From: Gammaproteobacteria bacterium
Lineage (GTDB): Bacteria; Pseudomonadota; Gammaproteobacteria; JABDGN01
Assembly: GCA_013285995.1 (NCBI GenBank)
Contig: JABDGN010000006.1
Coordinates: forward strand, 1-51,896
Reading direction: 5' to 3'
DNA: 51,896 nucleotides
In this document: positions 46,486 to 51,896 of the stretch, one piece after another
How the letters are laid out: each line of letters opens with the position of its first letter
Numbering within the stretch: the first letter of the stretch is position 1
Notes under the pieces: generated by a model
Told to the model about the DNA's origin: nothing
The model's input: the letters and a program-made list of their open reading frames with translations, nothing else
Databases searched by the model: none
Translations under genes and position numbers: made by a program

Positions 46486-47118
46486 ATGTTTAACAAAATA
46501 AAATCAATATTTTTTCCGCTGATTTTTTTTGTGGGAAGTTTATCTTTATTTCAATCTGCGTTGGCGGGTGATTATTGTAGCCCTTTGTTTCGGTGCATGG
46601 ATGTCAAAGTCTACAATACAAGTACTAATCACATTTGGAAACCAGTCAATAAAGGGATTATCTACAATGCACGTTTTGGCAGTGAACCTGGCAATGTCCT
46701 ACCGGGGCAGGATAATGTTAATACTTTTTACATTAGTCCTGACAATAAGAGTGATAGATGTGGACATGTTGAGTTTGGCGATACCTATTGGGATAACGGC
46801 ACTTGCCGTACTGCTGCCAAAAATCCCAAAGTGTTTGTTACTTACGAATTATATATGAAGGATAGCGGTGGTAATGAATATAGAACCGGTAGATTTGCTA
46901 CCCTCTATATAGAAGCGGATCATCGTACTTACAATGGTGGTTATGGAAATTGCTATGACTATGACAATGGGAATCCACATATATATACCAATACACCCAG
47001 CGCAAAAATATTGATTGGTGCAGATGAATTTGCCAAGATCAGAAACTCAAGGGAAGGTGAATGTGGTAATGGTGGACGTGTACAAAGAGTCCAACTGCGA
47101 GAATTCAACTTGTCCTAA
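46486..47118 (+). CDS. Small Cys-rich secreted protein (paralogue 1)
   Basis: Signal peptide ..SALA; DYC..RCMDV, TYELYMK, SREGEC; GAGG RBS. Confidence 0.75.
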   Translation: MFNKIKSIFFPLIFFVGSLSLFQSALAGDYCSPLFRCMDVKVYNTSTNHIWKPVNKGIIYNARFGSEPGNVLPGQDNVNTFYISPDNKSDRCGHVEFGDTYWDNGTCRTAAKNPKVFVTYELYMKDSGGNEYRTGRFATLYIEADHRTYNGGYGNCYDYDNGNPHIYTNTPSAKILIGADEFAKIRNSREGECGNGGRVQRVQLREFNLS

Positions 47119-47180
47119 GTTGCAGAGAATTTTTTTAAAGAAAATTTATGCGTGTAGTGGAGTGGGAACACGCAACGCAG

Positions 47181-49262
47181 CTAAATCTTTTGTAACAATG
47201 ACTCTAAATCCAGGCTAAACCAATATACTGTTGACTGCCCGGTTTTTTTAATCCCGAATCGGTAGTCGTTAGGATTGATTGCGTTTTTACCAATAAAATA
47301 TAAATCACAGCCTGCATTGAAAGAATCAGTCATTTGTGGATTGGCATTGGCAAGTGGATGCTGAAGACGACAGCCTGTGTGATTTAAAATGTATAGCGTT
47401 AAGGCAGAAGCAAGAGTTTCTCGCCCAAGGGTTAATATAAGCTCCTTCCCACGGAATTTAAAATTTAATAATTTTGAGAAAGCCCAGGTTGCAGCTATCG
47501 CAGTGTCTGCAGGATCACATCCCAACCAAAAAGGATTAGTTAGTGATGAATAACACATTATCGTTGAATAATTATTTATTACTAAATAATTTGTTTTCTC
47601 TGGCTTATCAATAGTTTCTAGTTGGCAAAATCCTACTTTTTGGCTACAAATATTATAAAGCACTTGCATACGCTTATAAATTGGAAATGCAGTCTGAATT
47701 TGTTCCTGCTTTAAAGAAAAAGAGGCATTATCTATTTTACCCTCAGATAAGTTTGGCTTATAACCATTGACTATGAAAGGTAAACTGACTTTGCAGTAGC
47801 TTGATTGAATAGCAGGAAGAGTGGTGCAAATAAAATTATACCCTTCTCCTGTTGTCGGCACTATTTCCAGAATCTGCGGCAGATAAAAACGAACAGTAGT
47901 CGTTTGGCCCGCTGTTTCATCTGTTATTTTAATAGTATTGAAATTAATTTTATTACACGCTAATAACTGCATTTCCTTTGAGTAAACTAAAATAACTCCC
48001 TCTCTCCAATATAAGATCGAAAAAAATACGTAATCTTGCAACACTTGCACATGATAACGAGGCGAAATATTTCCCAACATAGGAGTTGCCGGCAGAGGAA
48101 TTTCCATGGCTTGCGGAGAATTTAATTTACGTGCCTGAATAGCAGCTGCTGAAAAAAGAGCAAATTTTTCAGCAATATTATGAGTAAATCCCCAAGCTTT
48201 TATTTTTCTTAACTCTATACTCGCCATCACAGTTTGTTGTTGCTGATTTTGCAAAATAAAGAGTTGCTGAGTTGGATTTTCTGTTATCCAATCCAGCCAT
48301 AATCGCATCGCAGCAAGAGTTTGCGGCGAGTAAGTGTATTCAGTCACTGCATTAAATGCCGAAGGTAATGACGATCTTCGCTGAGGCGGAGCTGCCATCG
48401 TTGGACTTGGAGTTGCGAAAGTGCCTGTTCCAGGGCTTGGAGATCTCATGCCAACTGACACGGCAGCGCTTGATGGCGACGAAGCAGAATGAGCTAGGCC
48501 CGGCATAGGAACAAACGTAGATGCTGATGACATAGCTGGAGGTGCTGGAGGACTTGGTGGACTTGGTGGTCTTGCCAGCATGGGCGCAATAGCGGAAGCA
48601 GCAGCGGTTGGCAGGGGTGCAAACATAGCAGGAATTGCGGATAAACGGGGTTTAATTGCTACTGCTAGTCTGCCGGTAAGTTCAGCCAAAATTTGTTTAT
48701 CACTTTTCCGATAGTCAGAAAGCCAGCCGAAATCTACCCGTTGGTAACTATCATTTATAGACCACAATCTTTCCCAATTATATGGGGTGAGATTTGCAAG
48801 ATAATAAAATACCTCTAATCGCAGCTCCGGATCTATCACGCCTGCAGCAAGATTAGCAGCGCGCACACGTTCTGCGACATACAACATAGGGGAATTATTA
48901 ACCGGCGGCGAAGGCGGTCTAACTGGAGAAGGTGTTCGGGGAAGCGTTGTTGCTGCTGGTCCGGCGGTTAGATCAAGGGCCTTAAATATGCCAGTTTCCA
49001 TGTAGTATTCGAGACTGTTAAGTATGGGGATAAGCTTGAGGTTGTCGAGGCTGTCCTGTGATATTGGTAAAAGCCGTTGAAAAAGTTCGAAGGCTTTCTC
49101 GTTTCTCTCAACAGCTGTCTTAACCTGTTGTCGTATCGCTGGATTTAGAGTCGCGCAAAATTTCAATAAATTTTCTTTTATCTCAGAATTTAAGAGACGT
49201 TCTGTTACTCGATTTATAGCAGCTCCAGAAGCTTTGGGATCTAGTGATGATGGAAAAGACAT
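47181..49262 (-). CDS. Candidate effector with a Pro/Ser-rich low-complexity core
   Basis: 693 aa; PSPVRPPSPP and PPSPPSPPAPP; no signal peptide; PmrA-type box upstream. Confidence 0.6.
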   Translation of the reverse strand: MSFPSSLDPKASGAAINRVTERLLNSEIKENLLKFCATLNPAIRQQVKTAVERNEKAFELFQRLLPISQDSLDNLKLIPILNSLEYYMETGIFKALDLTAGPAATTLPRTPSPVRPPSPPVNNSPMLYVAERVRAANLAAGVIDPELRLEVFYYLANLTPYNWERLWSINDSYQRVDFGWLSDYRKSDKQILAELTGRLAVAIKPRLSAIPAMFAPLPTAAASAIAPMLARPPSPPSPPAPPAMSSASTFVPMPGLAHSASSPSSAAVSVGMRSPSPGTGTFATPSPTMAAPPQRRSSLPSAFNAVTEYTYSPQTLAAMRLWLDWITENPTQQLFILQNQQQQTVMASIELRKIKAWGFTHNIAEKFALFSAAAIQARKLNSPQAMEIPLPATPMLGNISPRYHVQVLQDYVFFSILYWREGVILVYSKEMQLLACNKINFNTIKITDETAGQTTTVRFYLPQILEIVPTTGEGYNFICTTLPAIQSSYCKVSLPFIVNGYKPNLSEGKIDNASFSLKQEQIQTAFPIYKRMQVLYNICSQKVGFCQLETIDKPEKTNYLVINNYSTIMCYSSLTNPFWLGCDPADTAIAATWAFSKLLNFKFRGKELILTLGRETLASALTLYILNHTGCRLQHPLANANPQMTDSFNAGCDLYFIGKNAINPNDYRFGIKKTGQSTVYWFSLDLESLLQKI

Positions 49263-49309
49263 AAAAAAAACCTAAATTTTTAGTTATTTTGCGGGTTAAA
49301 TTAGCTCTT

Positions 49310-49342
49310 ATCCTACCATGCCGCGCATTAAGAGAACCTTAA
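49310..49342 (-). promoter_or_regulatory. PmrA-type box plus -10
   Basis: Minus strand: TTAA ggttctc TTAA-12 nt-TAGGAT. Confidence 0.55.
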
Positions 49343-49389
49343 CACTTTAAATTTTTTTTATTTTTATCCGATGCTTTGTTTGAAGCAAT

Positions 49390-49423
49390 CTTAATATTTT
49401 CTTAATGCTTGAAGTATTATAAT
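49390..49423 (+). promoter_or_regulatory. PmrA-type box plus -10
   Basis: cTTAA tattttc TTAA-12 nt-TATAAT. Confidence 0.7.
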
Positions 49424-49471
49424 GCTGTTTATAAAACCTAGAATATCACGCGTTTACCCGCAGAGACATGC

Positions 49472-50083
49472 ATGTTTAAAAAAATAAAAATAATATTCTT
49501 TTCGCTAGTTTTTTTTATAGGAAGTGTATCCTTATTCCAATCTCTGTTGGCGGATAATTATTGTCAGCCACAATGGCGCTGTATGGATGTGACAATAAAT
49601 AATAGGAGCGCTGATCATATGTGGCGTCTGGTAACTATCGATAAAATGAATAATGTTCGTTTAGAGGATGATTTGCAACCCGTGGCCCGGCTCGAACCGC
49701 AGAGTTCCGATACGGTTCATATAAGTCCTAATGATGAAGACGAATGTTATTGGTATGATAATAAGTGTGATATAACAAAGGACGATGGTAAAAATCCCAA
49801 ATTAACCATTACGTATGAATTGTATATGAAAGGGAGCAATGGTGAGGAATATAGAACGGATCGGTTTGTGACTCTCTATATAGAAGAAGATTATGAAACC
49901 TGGGATAGCTATAATAGCGGCTGTTATTACTACAACCACAACCCAGGTTTTACTACCAGGCCCACGGCACAGGTTTGGGTTGGCGCAGATGAATTTGCTA
50001 CGGTAGGCTATAGTCGTGAGGGGGAATGTAATAATGACGGCAACCCTGATCGGAAGCAGCTACGTAATTTTGATTTATATTAG
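49472..50083 (+). CDS. Small Cys-rich secreted protein (paralogue 2)
   Basis: Shares MF.KIK.IFF.L.FF.GS, YC...RCMDV, KNPK, TYELYMK, GADEFA, SREGEC and QLR.F.L with 46486..47118. Confidence 0.78.
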   Translation: MFKKIKIIFFSLVFFIGSVSLFQSLLADNYCQPQWRCMDVTINNRSADHMWRLVTIDKMNNVRLEDDLQPVARLEPQSSDTVHISPNDEDECYWYDNKCDITKDDGKNPKLTITYELYMKGSNGEEYRTDRFVTLYIEEDYETWDSYNSGCYYYNHNPGFTTRPTAQVWVGADEFATVGYSREGECNNDGNPDRKQLRNFDLY

Positions 50084-50100
50084 GGTCTGAAAATCATAAG

Positions 50101-50238
50101 AAGGCTCCTCTGCAACGATCAGGTATGCGCGCGCAGCGCCTTCAGGCACTTTCACTTTATGAATTTTAGTTTTAATTTTTTACCTTTTGCAAAGGCTAAT
50201 GCTTCGCGCGCTCCACGCAATAAACTTTCACCTGCTTT
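50101..50238 (-). pseudogene. Decayed HTH antitoxin/regulator (HigA/YiaG-NadS-like)
   Basis: KAGESLLRGAREALAFAKG, a frameshift in an A6 run, then IKTKIHKVKVPE joined directly to GAARAYLIV; HTH core and start codon absent. Confidence 0.6.
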
Positions 50239-50288
50239 AGGTTCCTCAATAGGTTCCTCAATAGGTTCCTCAATAGGTTCCTCAATAG
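50238..50288. repeat. 12-bp tandem repeat, 4 copies
   Basis: (taggttcctcaa)4 followed by tag. Confidence 0.95.
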
Positions 50289-50296
50289 CGTAATTA

Positions 50297-51697
50297 TTAA
50301 CTTTTTAACTTCCATACCGCTGTTTTAGCAAATCCTTCTAATTCAATTAAACCTATCTCTTTAAGCACAGCCAAGTCTTTTCTAATCATTCTTTCAGATG
50401 GTGGATTATTTAATTCACTGATAATTTTTTTAAGTCCTACAGCACCATATTGTTGCAGAATGGCGATAATTTCTTTTTGTCTGGTATTAAGCTGATCAAT
50501 ATTAATTTCATACTTGGTATAGGCAATTGGTTCTTTAAATTTGAACGTTATCTCAACACCGCCTGAATATTCTTCATAAGTTGGTGCTGGCAAATTATTC
50601 TGCTGACAAAGCTCAAAAATTTCCATGATGCCTGTTCCCCAGCCATCAAAATATGCGCGATCATAAAAAACTTTGGAGATTATTTTATTTACGGGATCAG
50701 AATAATGCTTTTTATTTAAATCGGTTGTTTCAAAATCGGCGGGCAATTTCCCAGTATTCCATATTGATAAATGATCATCAAAAATAGCGATGAAAATTGT
50801 TCCGGAGCGGTGTGAATAATCTCTATGACAAAGCGCATTGACTAATGCTTCACGAATCGCTAGCACAGGCAAGGCAAGTTGATCCTGGCGTTGCAATTGA
50901 TCGGATTTAAAAAAACTGGCGATCGGTAAGTGGCGCATGATGAAGCTGTTTGCTTCCTCAAACATTCGAAACGCATTACCAAAAAATTGTTTATTGTCGA
51001 TGAAATCACGATTTTTCTCAGTGCCACGGAAGCGCCCTAATTTCAAATGGCATTGGGAATAATAAGGCATCGTATTTTTAGCAAACAAAACAACGGCAGC
51101 ATTATTCAGCTTGCCCTTTTTTAGTAAATTCCAACTTTTCAAAATATCTTCAAGGTTTTCATGTTGTGCCGTGATAGAAACTCTTTTTGCTCGTATTCCT
51201 TCTGCAACAGCACGACGAATTTCTTCATGGTCTAGATCATCTATTGTGTAATCATGTGTAACCAACGTTTCCCATGAGCGAATTTGTCCACGTTGAACCA
51301 GTAATTCATGATAACGATCCCGTAACATCAGCATTGTTGTCGATTGATTACGATAGAAAGCTCGGCCATCATATGTATAAGGTGCTTGTTCACTTTTATC
51401 TACGTGCATGACGATAAGCGATTTATTATTTTCAAGTATGATGTAATGGACATTAACAATAGCAGATGGTTCTAGTTTATTTAGCCCATTGGCAATTTCT
51501 TGCTGAGTATGATCGCTGACATCCTGGCCGATTAATTTACCATCGTTAGACACCCCTAATAAAACTGTTCCGCCTTTACCATTTAGAAAAGCACACAGCG
51601 TTTCCAGCGCAGCATGCAATTGCATGGTGGATTTTTTAAATTCCACACAGTCGGTTTCGCCGTGTTTTATTAAGGATTCAATGTGTTGGATATCCAT
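50297..51697 (-). CDS. AlbA_2 (Schlafen-like) + HATPase_c_4/RecG-C + wHTH protein
   Basis: GETDCVEFKKS, CAFLNGKGGTVLLGV, REALVNALCHRDY, GTGI, C-terminal wHTH. Confidence 0.88.
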   Translation of the reverse strand: MDIQHIESLIKHGETDCVEFKKSTMQLHAALETLCAFLNGKGGTVLLGVSNDGKLIGQDVSDHTQQEIANGLNKLEPSAIVNVHYIILENNKSLIVMHVDKSEQAPYTYDGRAFYRNQSTTMLMLRDRYHELLVQRGQIRSWETLVTHDYTIDDLDHEEIRRAVAEGIRAKRVSITAQHENLEDILKSWNLLKKGKLNNAAVVLFAKNTMPYYSQCHLKLGRFRGTEKNRDFIDNKQFFGNAFRMFEEANSFIMRHLPIASFFKSDQLQRQDQLALPVLAIREALVNALCHRDYSHRSGTIFIAIFDDHLSIWNTGKLPADFETTDLNKKHYSDPVNKIISKVFYDRAYFDGWGTGIMEIFELCQQNNLPAPTYEEYSGGVEITFKFKEPIAYTKYEINIDQLNTRQKEIIAILQQYGAVGLKKIISELNNPPSERMIRKDLAVLKEIGLIELEGFAKTAVWKLKS

Positions 51698-51886
51698 TTA
51701 AGCAGCACTCAAAAATGATGGCGATAGTATAAATTATTTTTTATTTAAAATGTTAAAATAAATTAATTTATGGTTCAGCCACATCTCTCTACCAAATTCA
51801 ACAAGGTCACGGCCCAACGCGCAGCGCGGCGTAAATGCGTATCGCCGATTTTGTTGCCATCACCATAATGGGGGCTGGCTAATGTT

Positions 51887-51896
51887 CGTCATTCCC
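51887..51896 (+). repeat. Start of a CGTC REP cut by the window edge
   Basis: cgtcattccc. Confidence 0.55.

Noticed and set aside
50238-50288. Possible CRISPR array
   Set aside because: The 12-bp units are head-to-tail with no spacers, and no cas genes are present
51775-51886. Minus-strand stretch reading ..HYGDGNKIGDTHLRRAARWAVTLL..
   Set aside because: It looks coding, but all three frames have stops near the edge REP and I cannot assign a family; flanking sequence is needed

Overview
This is a chromosomal window from a gammaproteobacterium, most likely Legionellales/Coxiellales-like. That placement is inferred from a CBU_0592-type gene, PmrA-type TTAA-N7-TTAA boxes and several eukaryote-like effector ORFs. 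The housekeeping scaffold is COG3014-ycfL-lpoB-lpoB, zapA-6S RNA-5-formyl-THF cyclo-ligase, rsmB, glmS, ftsY-ftsE/rsmD, rsmJ and tkt-gap-pgk. Small cassettes repeatedly interrupt it: toxin-antitoxin modules, an AAA-ATPase/RloB pair, candidate host effectors and two isolated T6SS genes (tssC, tssE). The effector candidates are a pseudo-OTU + U-box/RING protein, a C80-like protease and a CaaX-tailed kinase. Three families of palindromic REP/REPIN-like repeats are scattered through the window. They nest in each other, supply the stop codons of ftsE and rsmJ, insert in-frame into rsmB, and in one case bracket a hicBA module as an inverted pair. The best candidate for an undescribed system is a putative PmrA-box operon at 37-50 kb: an outer-membrane beta-barrel, three paralogous secreted disulfide-Ig-stalk/beta-propeller proteins and two small Cys-rich secreted paralogues. 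No CRISPR array, tRNA, rRNA or transposase was seen. All calls come from reading motifs by eye; no database search was run.
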